A stretch of DNA of 64,000 nt from Nitrospirota bacterium (GCA_963796285.1 CAWCKW010000003.1:128001-192000), one strand, 5' to 3'; shown: positions 28,168 through 39,510, counted from the first letter of the stretch. Made by a program: numbers and translations. The notes: generated by a model not told the origin, from the sequence alone.

Positions 28168-29076
28168 TTGTCAGATAGAGTGAACATAGGCGGCCAGGCG
28201 GTGCTCGAGGGCGTGATGATGCGCTCGCCGCGCGCCTTTACCGTGGCCGTACGCAAAGGCGGAAAACCCGACGCCGAGATCGTGGTCTTCGCGCAGGAGC
28301 TCAAGCCGCTCGGCGAACGGTTCCCGATCTTGAAGAAGAAGATCATCCGGGGTTCGGCAGCGCTGTTTGAAGCAATGTGGCTCGGCATCCGGGCGCTGAA
28401 TTTTTCAGCAAATGAATCGCTCGAAGAAACCAAGGACGGAAAGAAAGAGGAGATCGGATCCCTCGCCATGGCCGGAACCATGGTCGTGGCACTTGCCTTT
28501 TCCCTCGGCATCTTCCTGGCGCTCCCCCTCCTGCTGACCAACCTGCTCGGCTCATACTACGTTACGGTCAATAAGAACAGCCTCTTGTTCAACCTCACGG
28601 ACGGCGTGCTCCGGGTAGGGCTGTTTCTGGGGTATGTCTCCGGCATCTCGTTCATGAAGGACATCCGGCGGGTCTTCGAGTACCACGGCGCGGAGCACAA
28701 GGCCATCGCCGCCTATGAGTCCGGGGGAGAGCTCACGGTCCAGAACGCGCGGCAGTACTCCCGCATACACCCTCGCTGCGGCACAAGCTTCCTGATCGCG
28801 GTCATGGTGCTTTCCATTCTCCTGTTCTCTCTCATTCCGGGCAGCTGGCCTCTCTGGGCAAAAGGTCTTTCGCGGATCATCCTGCTGCCGTTGATCGCGG
28901 GGTTGGGATATGAATTCATCAAGTACAGCGCGAAGCAGTGCGGGACCCCTCTGATCAAAACCCTGATGCTTCCGGGACTCTGGCTGCAGCGGCTCACCAC
29001 GAGTGAACCGTCGGACGACCAGATAGAGGTCGCCATCAGGGCCCTGAACGAGGCCCTCGCGATGGAACCCCGCTGA
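28168..29076 (+). CDS. DUF1385 (YqhQ-like) membrane protein
   Basis: IGGQAVLEGVMMRSP, VFEYHGAEHK, HPRCGTSF, LQRLTTSEP. Confidence 0.93.
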   Translation: MSDRVNIGGQAVLEGVMMRSPRAFTVAVRKGGKPDAEIVVFAQELKPLGERFPILKKKIIRGSAALFEAMWLGIRALNFSANESLEETKDGKKEEIGSLAMAGTMVVALAFSLGIFLALPLLLTNLLGSYYVTVNKNSLLFNLTDGVLRVGLFLGYVSGISFMKDIRRVFEYHGAEHKAIAAYESGGELTVQNARQYSRIHPRCGTSFLIAVMVLSILLFSLIPGSWPLWAKGLSRIILLPLIAGLGYEFIKYSAKQCGTPLIKTLMLPGLWLQRLTTSEPSDDQIEVAIRALNEALAMEPR

Positions 29077-29093
29077 AGCGGGGTTTTTTTGTT
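29067..29093 (+). terminator. Intrinsic terminator overlapping the DUF1385 stop codon
   Basis: CCCCGC-TGAA-GCGGGG followed by TTTTTTT. Confidence 0.75.
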
Positions 29094-29109
29094 TGAGGTC
29101 AAAACCCTG

Positions 29110-29197
29110 AACACGAATCACACGAATTGACGAATTTCATAAATAAGCATGTTTTGTTGTCTTCGTGGTATTCGTACTATTCGTGCAATTCGTGTTA
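29110..29197. repeat. Palindromic short tandem repeat (CACGAAT / ATTCGTG units)
   Basis: ACACGAATCACACGAATTGACGAAT .. TTCGTGGTATTCGTACTATTCGTGCAATTCGTGTT. Confidence 0.75.
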
Positions 29198-29217
29198 TTC
29201 ATGATGTATTTACCCTT

Positions 29218-30285
29218 ATGTTCAAAAAATTAGAAGCAGTCGCGGAAAAATATGACGAGCTGACAAGGCTCTTGTCCGATCCTGTCGTCGCTGCCGACCA
29301 CCTCCAGTACCAGAAGTACTCCAAGGAGCGGTCGGACATCGAAGACGTGGTGAACCATTACCGCGCGTACCGGGACTTGCAGAAGCAGCTCCAGGAGGCC
29401 GCGGAGATCACCAACGACAAACAGGCGGACCCCGAGTTGCGCTCAATGGCGGACGCCGAGACCAAGGAGCTTGCACCGAAACGCGCGCAGATGGAGCAGG
29501 AGCTCCAGCTCATGCTCGTGCCCAAGGACCCTCGGGACGAACGGAACGTATTCCTCGAGATCCGCGCCGGCGCCGGCGGTGACGAGGCAGGACTCTTCGC
29601 GGCCGAGCTCTTCCGCATGTATTCGCGCTACTCCGAGAAAAAACGCTGGCAGGTCACTCTCCTGGACATGAGCACCACCGGCGTGGGCGGCGCAAAGGAA
29701 ATAATTGCCCAGATCGTGGGCAAGGGTGTGTTCAGCAGACTTAAATACGAGAGCGGCGTGCACCGGGTCCAGCGCGTGCCTGCTACGGAGGCGAGCGGCA
29801 GGATCCACACCTCCACGGTCACCGTGGCCGTGCTGCCCGAAGTCGATGACGTTGAAATTAATATAGAACAGAAGGACCTGCGCATCGATACCTACTGTTC
29901 ATCGGGTCCCGGCGGTCAGAGTGTGAACACGACCTACTCTGCCGTCAGGATCACCCACATCCCCACCGGCGAGGTGGTGGCGTGCCAGGACGAGCGTTCG
30001 CAGCTCAAGAACCGCATAAAGGCCATGAAGATCCTGAAGTCCCGCCTGCTCGAGAAGGAGAAGGCGAAGCAGGATGCCGAAACAGCCCAGGACCGCAGGT
30101 CACAGGTCGGCTCGGGAGAACGCAGTGAAAAGATCCGGACCTACAATTTTCCGCAAACCCGCGTGACGGACCATCGCATCGGGTTGTCGCTGTACCGGCT
30201 TGACGCAGTGATGGACGGCGACCTCGACGAGTTCATCGACGGACTGACCTCTGCGGCGAACGCAGAACGGCTGAAAAATCTATAG
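29218..30285 (+). CDS. prfA: Peptide chain release factor 1
   Basis: EIRAGAGGDEA, VHRVQRVPATE (PxT), GPGGQ, RTYNFPQTRVTDHR; start trimmed to MFKKLE. Confidence 0.98.
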   Translation: MFKKLEAVAEKYDELTRLLSDPVVAADHLQYQKYSKERSDIEDVVNHYRAYRDLQKQLQEAAEITNDKQADPELRSMADAETKELAPKRAQMEQELQLMLVPKDPRDERNVFLEIRAGAGGDEAGLFAAELFRMYSRYSEKKRWQVTLLDMSTTGVGGAKEIIAQIVGKGVFSRLKYESGVHRVQRVPATEASGRIHTSTVTVAVLPEVDDVEINIEQKDLRIDTYCSSGPGGQSVNTTYSAVRITHIPTGEVVACQDERSQLKNRIKAMKILKSRLLEKEKAKQDAETAQDRRSQVGSGERSEKIRTYNFPQTRVTDHRIGLSLYRLDAVMDGDLDEFIDGLTSAANAERLKNL

Positions 30286-30376
30286 AAGGCTTGACGGTTG
30301 GAAGATATGAAGGTGAATGAATGCGCTACTCGTCTCAACTTCCTGTCCTCATGCCATCCTGCTCCCGGTCGTTACC

Positions 30377-31240
30377 GTGACACTCGCTGAAGCCATCAAC
30401 AATGCGGTAAACCTGTTATCAACAGCGGGCATAACCAATGCCCGGCTCGACGCCGAAGTGCTTCTTTCTCATATCATTATGAAAGACCGCGTCTGGCTCA
30501 TCACTCATCGAGACGACGCACTCGATGAGAACCATCAGCGGGATTTTGCCGACATGGTCCGGCGCAGGGCCAGGCGCGAACCGCTTCAGCATATCATCGG
30601 CAACCAGGAATTCTGGGGCCTGGAGTTCATTGTCTCGCCCGACGTGCTCATCCCCAGACCCGAGACCGAGTTCATCATTGAAGCGGCACTCGCGATCGTG
30701 CAGAATCGGAACACGCTGGTCAGGATCATTGATCTCTGCACCGGCTCAGGCTGTATCGCCGTGAGCCTGGCAAAAGAACTGACCGCTGCCCGCATTATCG
30801 CGACCGACGCCTCTGAGAAAGCCCTTGCCATTGCACGGGAGAACGCCCGCAAGCATGGAGTTTCAGATCAGATACGGTTTCTCCTGGGCGATCTGTTCGA
30901 ACCACTGGAAGAACTGGACATTCGCGGGCAGATCGATATCATTGTATCGAATCCGCCCTATGTGCTGGCAGGCGATCTGTCCACGCTCCAGCCCGAGGTG
31001 AGGGATTACGAGCCTGAGATGGCGCTCATCGCCGGCCCCGAGGGAACGGAGATGGCGAAGAGGATCATCCAACTCGCGCCGGAGTATCTGAAAAAGAACG
31101 GCGCGCTCATAATGGAAATGGGGCTGGGTCAGGCAGAGGCGCTCACACGGATGGTCAAAGCAACCGGCGCATATGGCAACCGCGAAATACTGAAGGACCT
31201 GGCGGGAATTGAAAGAGTGATTGTCGCAAGAAAGGTGTAG
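30377..31240 (+). CDS. prmC: Release factor glutamine methyltransferase
   Basis: [33 protein letters not shown]; start uncertain (30317 or GTG 30377). Confidence 0.96.
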   Translation: MTLAEAINNAVNLLSTAGITNARLDAEVLLSHIIMKDRVWLITHRDDALDENHQRDFADMVRRRARREPLQHIIGNQEFWGLEFIVSPDVLIPRPETEFIIEAALAIVQNRNTLVRIIDLCTGSGCIAVSLAKELTAARIIATDASEKALAIARENARKHGVSDQIRFLLGDLFEPLEELDIRGQIDIIVSNPPYVLAGDLSTLQPEVRDYEPEMALIAGPEGTEMAKRIIQLAPEYLKKNGALIMEMGLGQAEALTRMVKATGAYGNREILKDLAGIERVIVARKV

Positions 31241-31317
31241 GAGTCAGAAGCAGCGCCCGGGAACCACAGGAGAGCCCAAGAATTTTCTCCTGACTACTGA
31301 CTCCTTACGTACTGGAT
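31236..31317. repeat. Palindromic heptamer repeat (GAGTCAG / CTGACTC type)
   Basis: GTAGGAGTCAGAAG .. CTCCTGACTACTGACTCCT between prmC and murA. Confidence 0.6.
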
Positions 31318-31322
31318 TCATC

Positions 31323-32570
31323 ATGAAATCAATCTACATCAACGGCGGAAAAAAACTGAGCGGCGAGGTCTTCATCAGCGGTGCCAAGAACGCCGCGCTC
31401 CCGATCCTTGCGGCAGCGCTTCTGTGTAAGGGGAAACACCGTATAATAAATGTCCCTCGCCTGGCGGACGTTACGACCTTCGGCAGGATCCTCCAGAATA
31501 TGGGGGTGTCCTTCGAGCGGCAGGACCGTGACGTTCTGATCGATTCCACAGCGCTCGCGAAGCCTGAGGCGCCCTACGATCTCGTGCGGACCATGCGCGC
31601 ATCGGTCCTGGTGCTCGGTCCGCTCCTAGCGCGCACGGGCAAGGTGCGCGTGTCGCTGCCCGGCGGCTGCGCCATCGGGGCCCGGCCGATCAACCTGCAC
31701 CTCATGGGCCTTGAAAAGCTCGGAGCGACCGTCGAGATCGAACACGGCTATGTCGTGGCAAACGCAAAGAGACTTCGCGGCGCCCACATCTATTTCGACA
31801 CCGTGACCGTGACCGGTACCGAGAACATCATGATGGCAGCCGCGCTCGCGGAGGGGGAAACGGTCCTCGAGAACGCCGCGCGGGAGCCCGAGATCGTTGA
31901 CCTCGCGAACGCCCTCATCCGTATGGGCGCGACGATCGAGGGAGCGGGCACGGACATCATCCGGATCCAGGGCGTCGAGAAACTCCATCCCCTGGACTAC
32001 TCCGTCATGCCGGACAGGATCGAGACCGGGACCTTCGTGATCGCAGCGGCCATAACCGGGGGAACGGTCACGATCAAAAACTGTATTCCCGGCCATCTCG
32101 ATGCCGTGCTCGCCAAAGTTGCCGAGGCAGGGGCAGATGATAAAACCGGTGACAGCACGATCCAGGTCACTGGTCAGCGCTCGATCAAGCCCGTGAACGT
32201 CAAGACGCTGGAGTATCCCGGTTTTCCCACGGACATGCAGGCACAGATCATGAGCCTGATGTCCCTCGCCGAAGGAACGAGCGTGATCAACGAGACCATC
32301 TTCGAGAACCGTTTCACGCATGTGGCGGAACTCCGGAGAATGGGGGCCGACATCCAGACCGATGGCCGCACCGCGATCATCAAAGGTGTGCCGAAGCTTT
32401 CCGCGGCGCCGGTGATGGCAACGGACCTCCGCGCGAGCGCGTCGCTCATCCTTGCCGGTCTCGCGGCCGAAGGAGAGACGGTGATATCGCGCATCTACCA
32501 TCTGGACCGGGGATATGATACTATTGAGCAGAAGCTCTCGGCGTTGGGAGCGGATATTAAAAGAGTATGA
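31323..32570 (+). CDS. murA: UDP-N-acetylglucosamine 1-carboxyvinyltransferase
   Basis: [40 protein letters not shown]; start trimmed to MKSIYI. Confidence 0.98.
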   Translation: MKSIYINGGKKLSGEVFISGAKNAALPILAAALLCKGKHRIINVPRLADVTTFGRILQNMGVSFERQDRDVLIDSTALAKPEAPYDLVRTMRASVLVLGPLLARTGKVRVSLPGGCAIGARPINLHLMGLEKLGATVEIEHGYVVANAKRLRGAHIYFDTVTVTGTENIMMAAALAEGETVLENAAREPEIVDLANALIRMGATIEGAGTDIIRIQGVEKLHPLDYSVMPDRIETGTFVIAAAITGGTVTIKNCIPGHLDAVLAKVAEAGADDKTGDSTIQVTGQRSIKPVNVKTLEYPGFPTDMQAQIMSLMSLAEGTSVINETIFENRFTHVAELRRMGADIQTDGRTAIIKGVPKLSAAPVMATDLRASASLILAGLAAEGETVISRIYHLDRGYDTIEQKLSALGADIKRV

Positions 32571-32571
32571 A

Positions 32572-32640
32572 CCGATTGCGGATTACAGGATTTCGGAATG
32601 CGGATTTACACTCTGTTATGCCCTCTGAAATCTCGAAATT
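32572..32640. repeat. Palindromic heptamer repeat (TGCGGAT type)
   Basis: GATTGCGGATTACAGGATTTCGGAATGCGGATT .. CTCTGAAATCTCGAAAT. Confidence 0.6.
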
Positions 32641-32652
32641 GAAGGGGTTTGT

Positions 32653-33945
32653 ATGAAGATCATCGACTCACAGCAAAATGACATCGTCTCCGAGCTCAAG
32701 CGCATCATCAACCGCGGCGAGACCGCGACCGAGGAAGTCGCCATTGTCGTGAAAGAGGTCGTCGAGCGCGTCCGCAAGCAGGGCGACCCGGCAGTGCTCG
32801 AATATACCGAGAAGTTCGACCGGGTGACCCTCGCGCTCAAGGACCTCAAGGTCTCTCCTGAGGAGATCAGGGATGCCTATACCAGGGTCGAGACGAAGAA
32901 GGTGGACGCGCTCAAGGTTGCGGCGCAGAACATCCGCGCTTTCCATGAAAAGCAGAAGATCAGCACCTGGGTCAACCAGGAGGCCGACGGCGTTATCCTC
33001 GGCCAGCTTGCGCGGCCGATCCGGAGCGTCGGCGTCTACGTACCCGGCGGCAAGGCGTGCTATCCGTCTTCTGTGCTGATGAATGTCATTCCCGCCACGG
33101 TGGCCGGCGTTGAACAGATCGTGATGTGCTCGCCCGTGCCGGGCGGCGTTTTGAACCCCTACATCCTCGTTGCCGCTGATATCGCGGGTGTACGCGAGAT
33201 CTACAAGATCGGCGGCGCGCAGGCCGTCGCGGCGATGGCCTACGGCACGGCCACGATCCCCAAGGTCGACAAGATCGTAGGGCCGGGCAATATCTATGTG
33301 GCCACAGCCAAGCGGTACGTTTTCGGCCAGGTGGACATCGACATGATCGCTGGACCGAGCGAGATCCTGATCATTGCTGACGGCTCGGCGAATCCGGTGT
33401 TCGTGGCCTCGGACCTGCTGTCGCAGGCGGAACACGATGAGCTTGCATCCTCGATCCTGGTCACCACCTCCCGGGAACTGGCGGAAAAAGTCGTCGTAGA
33501 GGTCGAAGTTCAGCTCGCGAACCTGAGCAGGAAGGAGATCGCGCGCAAGGCCATCGACAGGTTTGGTGCGATAGTACTCGTGAAAACGCTGCAGGATGCC
33601 GCTGAGGTCTCTAATTCCATCGCGCCCGAGCATTTGGAGCTTGCCGTCGAGAAGCCCTTCGAGCTGCTCGCATCGATCAAGAACGCCGGCGCCATATTTC
33701 TCGGCCACTACACCCCCGAGTCCGTGGGCGATTACATAGCCGGTCCAAACCATGTACTGCCGACGGGCGGCACGGCCAGGTTCTTCTCGCCCCTGTCCAC
33801 GGACAGCTTCATGAAAAAATCCAGCCTCATCTTCTACACGAAGGAGGGCCTGGACAAGGTGGCTGAGTCCGTGATACAGATCGCGGACGTGGAAGGACTT
33901 GAAGCCCATGGAAACACGATCAAGGTGAGGATGGGGAAAAAATAA
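32653..33945 (+). CDS. hisD: Histidinol dehydrogenase
   Basis: VYVPGGKA.YPSS, IVGPGNIYV, DMIAGPSE, SQAEHD, APEHLE, GPNHVLPT, HGNT. Confidence 0.98.
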   Translation: MKIIDSQQNDIVSELKRIINRGETATEEVAIVVKEVVERVRKQGDPAVLEYTEKFDRVTLALKDLKVSPEEIRDAYTRVETKKVDALKVAAQNIRAFHEKQKISTWVNQEADGVILGQLARPIRSVGVYVPGGKACYPSSVLMNVIPATVAGVEQIVMCSPVPGGVLNPYILVAADIAGVREIYKIGGAQAVAAMAYGTATIPKVDKIVGPGNIYVATAKRYVFGQVDIDMIAGPSEILIIADGSANPVFVASDLLSQAEHDELASSILVTTSRELAEKVVVEVEVQLANLSRKEIARKAIDRFGAIVLVKTLQDAAEVSNSIAPEHLELAVEKPFELLASIKNAGAIFLGHYTPESVGDYIAGPNHVLPTGGTARFFSPLSTDSFMKKSSLIFYTKEGLDKVAESVIQIADVEGLEAHGNTIKVRMGKK

Positions 33946-34010
33946 TTATTGGAAATTGAATAGTTGGAAATTTAAAATTTACAATTTCCAATCTTCAATC
34001 TCCAATTACT
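33946..34010. repeat. Palindromic heptamer repeat (TTGGAAA / TTTCCAA type)
   Basis: ATTGGAAATTGAATAGTTGGAAATTT .. AATTTACAATTTCCAATCTTCAATCTCCAATT. Confidence 0.65.
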
Positions 34011-34041
34011 TGCGCCAAAAGTAATCACATGAGGAGGCCAC

Positions 34042-34962
34042 ATGCCTGTAAAATCCAAAAAACAATCACCAAAAGCAACGACTCCCGCAAGTCAGAAGCT
34101 CAAGCTCGGCCTGCCCAAGGGCAGCCTGCAGGAGTCGACCTTCAAGCTTTTCGACAAGGCAGGATACCGCGTGCAGGTCAGTTCGCGCAGTTACTACCCG
34201 ACCATCGATGACGCGAACATCGACTGTACCCTCGTCCGGGCGCAGGAAATGGCGCGTTATGTCGATATCGGCATTTTCGATGTAGGCCTTACGGGCAAGG
34301 ACTGGATCCTCGAGCAGAACGCCGATGTGGTCGAGGTTGCCGAGCTCCGCTATGCCAAGGGCGGGTTGAATCCGGTGCGCTGGGTCGTGGCCGTGCCTGA
34401 GGATTCGAAGATCAAAACCATCAAGGACCTGAAAGGCAAGCGCATCGCCACGGAGCTCGTGGGCTATACAAAGCGTTATCTCAAATCCAGGGGAGTCACT
34501 GCCGAGATCGAGTTCTCCTGGGGCGCCACAGAGGTGAAGCCTCCCCGCCTGGCCGACGCGATCGTGGAACTCACCGAGACCGGCAGCTCGCTCCGCGCGA
34601 ACAATCTTCGCATCATTGAAGTGATGCTTGAGTCCACTACGCGGCTCGTCGCGAACAAGAAGGCCTGGAGCGACCCCTGGAAACGGAAGAAGATCGAGAA
34701 CATGGCCATGCTGCTCCAGGGTGCGCTCGCGGCCGAGGAAAAGGTCGGCCTCAAGATGAACGCGCCCAGGGCGCACCTGCAGGAGATCTGCGGTCTCCTC
34801 CCCTCCCTGCATGCGCCGACGATCTCTCAGCAGACCGACCCGGCGTGGGTCAGCCTGGAAGTGATCCTCGACGAAAAGCAGGCCCGTGACCTGATCCCCC
34901 GGCTCAAACGCCGCGGAGCATCGGGGATCGTGGAATATCCGCTGAACAAGGTGATTTCGTAA
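34042..34962 (+). CDS. hisG: ATP phosphoribosyltransferase, long form
   Basis: [38 protein letters not shown]-terminal regulatory domain. Confidence 0.97.
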   Translation: MPVKSKKQSPKATTPASQKLKLGLPKGSLQESTFKLFDKAGYRVQVSSRSYYPTIDDANIDCTLVRAQEMARYVDIGIFDVGLTGKDWILEQNADVVEVAELRYAKGGLNPVRWVVAVPEDSKIKTIKDLKGKRIATELVGYTKRYLKSRGVTAEIEFSWGATEVKPPRLADAIVELTETGSSLRANNLRIIEVMLESTTRLVANKKAWSDPWKRKKIENMAMLLQGALAAEEKVGLKMNAPRAHLQEICGLLPSLHAPTISQQTDPAWVSLEVILDEKQARDLIPRLKRRGASGIVEYPLNKVIS

Positions 34963-34977
34963 CTGTGATTGGAACAC

Positions 34978-35010
34978 AAAAGGCGGCCCACAAGGCCGCC
35001 TTTTTCTTTT
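34978..35010. terminator. Bidirectional terminator between hisG and the diguanylate cyclase
   Basis: AAAAGGCGGCC-CACAA-GGCCGCCTTTTT. Confidence 0.8.
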
Positions 35011-35032
35011 CTGCCGAAAGTTCCTTCGCGTC

Positions 35033-36803
35033 TTATATAATCGAATACTTCGGCTTGTCCTTTTTTTGTTCGTACATCGACGTATCCGCCCGGATCAGCA
35101 GATCATCGAGGGAACATGGACGGGACGGGTCGTAATAGCCGACTCCCACACTCAGTGACAGCTTATAGCGTCTGCTCATTGAATTATTATACGTACCCAC
35201 GTTTTTTTGCAACCGGGCAACGATCAGATCGGTACTGTCTGTGGTTGTCCCTACGGGGACGACCGCAAATTCATCCCCGCCGATTCGGGCTATGATATCG
35301 ACATTTCGACACGTTTCTTTCAGAATTCCGGCAACCGCTATTAATGCCCTGTCTCCTTCCTGATGGCCCAGGGTATCGTTAATCACCTTTAAACCGTCCA
35401 TGTCGGCCGAAAGCACATACAAATCTCTCTTCAAGCGACTGGCCAGGTTCAACTCGCGTTCCGCGAGCGCGTAGAATCCTCGCCGATTGTTCAGGCCGGT
35501 CAGCTCATCCGTAATTGAAAGTTCGCGGAGTCGCTCTTCCATGCGTTTGCGCTCGGTTACATCCCTGAGTATCCCCTTGATGCCGAGAAAATTGCCATTC
35601 TTGTCCTCTATTACCATGCTCGACGACTCAAGTTCGATTGGTTCTCCATATTTGCTCTTCGCTCTCATGTGGTAGGCGCTCAACGCTTTTTTCAAATACA
35701 ACTGTTTTCTGAAAGCGTCTCTGTCCTTCGGATCTCTCCAGTATTCCAACGCGTTCCTCCCGATCATGTCGCGGGGACTCTCATGTCCGAAAATCTTTGC
35801 GCCCGCGAGGTTCATGAGAACGAATACGCCGTCGGCGTTTACTTCATATATGCCATCAAGGGAGGAGTCAACGAGGTTTTTGTACTTCGCTTCGGTCTTA
35901 CGATAGTCCGCTTCCGCAATATCGCGCTCGGCATGTGCGCGGTCTATTTCATCTCCGATTGATTTTGATATTTTAGATATTAACACGCCAACCAAAATTA
36001 TCGACAGGAACGCAATTGCAGAGGCGATCAGCGCGGGATTGCCCGCTCTGCTGAATGTGGTCTCATACATCAAACCATCGATCAGGACAAAAATGACGAT
36101 AGACGGAAGGAACGCCCTCATCAACCGGCTGCGGACTGTCGGCCCTATAAAGCCCCTGACCGGCGAAACCGTCGGCCCTGCCGCGGCTATCAGTCCGAGG
36201 GCCATGAGCACAAAAGCAATCGCGGTTGGAAGAGCGACAGGTATTATGTTTCCGCCGTACAAGAGAGGCGTGCCGTGCAAATAGCCGAGAATGACGATGA
36301 ACCCTATCGAACCAACCGCCATCGCCGGAAAAGCCGCGGCTTGTTTTAACCATTGTCTGCCTTCTGAATAGACCAGAAACAGGACTCCCAGTCCTGTTAA
36401 AAAAAAAAGCCACGGCCGTGATTGGAGACATATGGCCGGATGGAATAGTGGTCATGGATGGGGCTGCTTCAATTCCAAGGCGTTCGACTTCACTGGATAT
36501 GCCGAAAATAAAGAGGATGAGGATTGTCAGACAAATTAAGACAGTCAGGCATGCGCACAGGACCGCTGTCAATCGTCCCGCAGAACTTCGGGGGTCGCGA
36601 CCAAATACCAGCAATGACGCGCTCAGCATGCAGAAGCAGACTGCAGTGCTCGGAGCTATCGGCACATAATCCGTTCTGATCATCGTGACGATGAACGAGC
36701 CTGAGATCCAGCCCAGCAGGGAAACAGTGCTGATGAGCAGGACGGAAAGAAAGCTCCATCGGGCCATACGTTTTAATTCAATCTCTTGCGCGTCAAGCGA
36801 CAT
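35033..36803 (-). pseudogene. Membrane-anchored PAS-GGDEF diguanylate cyclase, split by a +1 frameshift in a T10 tract
   Basis: ORF 36063..36803 (TM, IAPSTA, MSPITAVAF) joins ORF 35033..36322 (PAS, TDELTGLNNRR, RNVD I-site, RIGGDEF) if the A10 at 36399-36408 is A9. Confidence 0.85.
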
Positions 36804-37130
36804 TCACACCACTCCATAGCTTTCAGTCTGTCGTTTATCATCCTTATTATGGTTCATGGTCCTGCATCCCTCTTAAGCCTCTGGGAACCTGCCAAATATA
36901 ATTGAATAAGGACGGCGTCATCGGGACTATCTTTGAAATAAGGTCGCTTCTCGATCCTTGAAATGTTGCGATACCCCTCTCTGCAGAGAACGTCCCATAA
37001 GTATAGCAAAAACATGCATGAATTGTCATCGAATTCCCGGTCATACGGTCTTCATAACCGTTATCATCGACAAAGAAGGTTACCTTTTTTTACTCACGTT
37101 GGGTAGAATATGACTCATAAGCCACCAGAT

Positions 37131-37160
37131 AAAAAAAGCGGCCATCTGGCCGCCTTTTGT
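37131..37160 (-). terminator. Terminator after the YyaL-like gene
   Basis: GCGGCCA-TC-TGGCCGC stem with T runs on both strands. Confidence 0.7.
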
Positions 37161-37187
37161 TCTGTGCAAACCGCGCAGCAGCTTTTT

Positions 37188-39029
37188 TTAATCCCTTCCC
37201 GACTTTGTGACAGCGTCTTTGAGACCGGTTTTCAGGCCATCTGCCGATGTGATCGGCGCTGAACACCGCTTCCCGACACAGAGGTAAACAGCTTCCCGGA
37301 GCGGGTAGTTGAGTTTCTTGATCGCCTTCGCTTCCTCTGAAAGCGAAAGCACGCGTACGGTCTTCTCCGGAACAAAGAGACGGTTGATCGTTGACAGATA
37401 GTTCCGGGCCCCTTCGCCGTCCGCAAGTATGATGATCTGAACGGGTTCGCCCACGATCCAAAGCAGCATGGCACCATAGGTCCCTGCCTGAGGAGGGAAT
37501 TTTTCGTATTCTCTCGAGATGCTCGATGTAACAATATCACGGACGACCTTCAGCTTGTCGTATTCTCCGGTAAAACCAAGCCTGCTCAGAAAACGGACCG
37601 CCCGGTAGTTGGCAAGATTCTCATTTATCTCCGACAAGACCCCCGCCGTGACCGGCTTCTTGATCGGCGCGTCGGGGTTGGCACGGAGCCGCTTCGTCGA
37701 CCTTTCATAGCGGCTGCTCACCAGCCGGCCTAAGTCTTGCGCTGTCAGCAGATAACGCCTTTCTCCCGTTGTATTGTACAGATCGAGCATGGCTGATCCA
37801 AAGAGCGCATTGTCCGACAGAAGCCCCTTGAGAGACGGCACTCCGTTATGGAAGGCGTGGAAGACACCTTCGTCCCCGGCTGACATGTTCCGGAGCAGGA
37901 ACGCTGCGCTCTTTACGGCCATGTCAAGATACAGTTTCTCTCCGGTCGCGTTGTACGCAGCAACGAGAGCGCTGATCATGAGAGAGGAGGAATCGGCATA
38001 GGTCGTTTTATCAACAAAAGGCGGCCTCAGGCCTTTCCGGTCCTGCTTTTTGTAGTAACTCTCATCAGCGTCCTGGCTGCCATACAACGCGCCGCTTGCG
38101 GGGTCGTACAGCCTGGCCTGCACGAACCGTATGCTCTCGCGGACGACAGGGAGATACTCATTGCTGTTGAACACCAGTGATGCATCAGCGTAGTTCCTGA
38201 TCAGACCGGCGTTCACCTCGAGCATCTTTTCAAAGTGCGGCTCGGACCAGTCCGGCTTTGTGGCGTAGCGGAAAAAGCCTCCCTCGACCTTATCATAGAG
38301 CCCGCCATTTGCCATCCCATCGAGGGTCTTCTGGACGATCTTTTTTATACTCGCGTCCTTGTTCCGCGCATACCGGGAAAGCAGGAAGTCGATCGCGTCC
38401 GGATTCGGAAACTTCTGGCTGTGTCCGAAGCCCCCATGGATGTCGTCAAAGGAATTTTTCAGGACCTCCGTGATCTTATCGAGTTCGCCCTTGTCCGGCA
38501 GACTCCTCAGGCCGGTCTCTCGAATGCGGCCGAGCTCCTTCATCGCTTTAAACTCTTCGAGCCGGTCTGCGATCGTGCTGCGATCCGTGCTGAACAGCGT
38601 CGCGACGCGTTTCAACCGCGGGAGCATTTCCTCCGGTGGAATATAGCTCCCGCCGCTGATCACCTCTCCCTGCGGTGTAAGAATGGCGGTGCTTGGCCAA
38701 CCACCCTGGTTGTACAGCGTATCGATATCAGGACGCAGATCGGAATCGACCCGGACGGGGATGAAATGCTCATTGATATACGCGATGATCTCGTCGTTCG
38801 AGTACGTGGTCTCGTCCATCACATGACACCAGTGGCACCAGACCGCGCTGAGCGAGAGCAGGACGAGCCTGTTCTTCTTTCGCGCCTCCTCCAGCGCCTC
38901 GGGCCCCCAGCTCCTCCACTGGACCAGGTGCGCCTTGTTCGGCCGGGGCGAAAAACGAAAGTCCGACGCCATCGCATGGTGAGAAACGAGAACGATACTG
39001 CAAACAAGAATTATGAAGAGCCTTTTCAC
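37188..39029 (-). CDS. YyaL/SPATA20-like thioredoxin-domain (DUF255) + alpha/alpha-barrel protein with signal peptide
   Basis: WCHWCHVMDETTY, GGWPST, GGFG..KFP, GGFFRYA..PHFEKML, LSDNA, YLCVGKRCSAP; probable GTG start 39029 (ORF extends to 39167). Confidence 0.9.
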   Translation of the reverse strand: MKRLFIILVCSIVLVSHHAMASDFRFSPRPNKAHLVQWRSWGPEALEEARKKNRLVLLSLSAVWCHWCHVMDETTYSNDEIIAYINEHFIPVRVDSDLRPDIDTLYNQGGWPSTAILTPQGEVISGGSYIPPEEMLPRLKRVATLFSTDRSTIADRLEEFKAMKELGRIRETGLRSLPDKGELDKITEVLKNSFDDIHGGFGHSQKFPNPDAIDFLLSRYARNKDASIKKIVQKTLDGMANGGLYDKVEGGFFRYATKPDWSEPHFEKMLEVNAGLIRNYADASLVFNSNEYLPVVRESIRFVQARLYDPASGALYGSQDADESYYKKQDRKGLRPPFVDKTTYADSSSLMISALVAAYNATGEKLYLDMAVKSAAFLLRNMSAGDEGVFHAFHNGVPSLKGLLSDNALFGSAMLDLYNTTGERRYLLTAQDLGRLVSSRYERSTKRLRANPDAPIKKPVTAGVLSEINENLANYRAVRFLSRLGFTGEYDKLKVVRDIVTSSISREYEKFPPQAGTYGAMLLWIVGEPVQIIILADGEGARNYLSTINRLFVPEKTVRVLSLSEEAKAIKKLNYPLREAVYLCVGKRCSAPITSADGLKTGLKDAVTKSGRD

Positions 39030-39364
39030 TGGGATACGCCTTTCTCCGTGTACCTTCCATCTCGATAGAGAAGCATGCATGGACGGAGGTAATGAATCGT
39101 TGTTCAATGATACTCCATTGCCTGCGAGAAATGAAGCACCATCTATGCGTCTTTCATTATTGATCACAGCCAGATAAGTCTACATGATCTCTCCGGGCAA
39201 AGGACTGAAAACTACTATTTGAAAGATTGTTATTATGATATAGCTAGTTGGCAAATAGTTCTTCCTGTATCACGCAGAGTTCTCATTCTTCAAAACACAT
39301 CAAGTTTCATTCTGTATCTGTTACCATGTGCCCATAAAATACCTCTTATCCCCATTCGATCTCG

Positions 39365-39393
39365 TTGACATCATGGAAGAGAAGGCATATATT
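39365..39393 (+). promoter_or_regulatory. Sigma-70 promoter
   Basis: TTGACA-17 nt-TATATT upstream of the 39511 ORF. Confidence 0.6.
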
Positions 39394-39510
39394 TGTTTCA
39401 ACGAATGCTGGAAAAACGATCGAATATCAGGATCACTTAGCTAAGCACTCATTTATTGGTGTTGAGTAGGGTCCTCTCAATCACTGGTTCGCTAACAAAG
39501 GAGAAAAGAG

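Noticed and set aside
26410-33909. Long antisense ORFs over rho, murA and hisD (similar ones over yeeE, hisG, rng and the radical SAM gene)
   Set aside because: Expected shadows of high-GC3 genes; no motifs or RBS
34978-37160. Similar hairpins flanking the diguanylate cyclase read as inverted element ends
   Set aside because: Both are adequately explained as GC-rich intrinsic terminators
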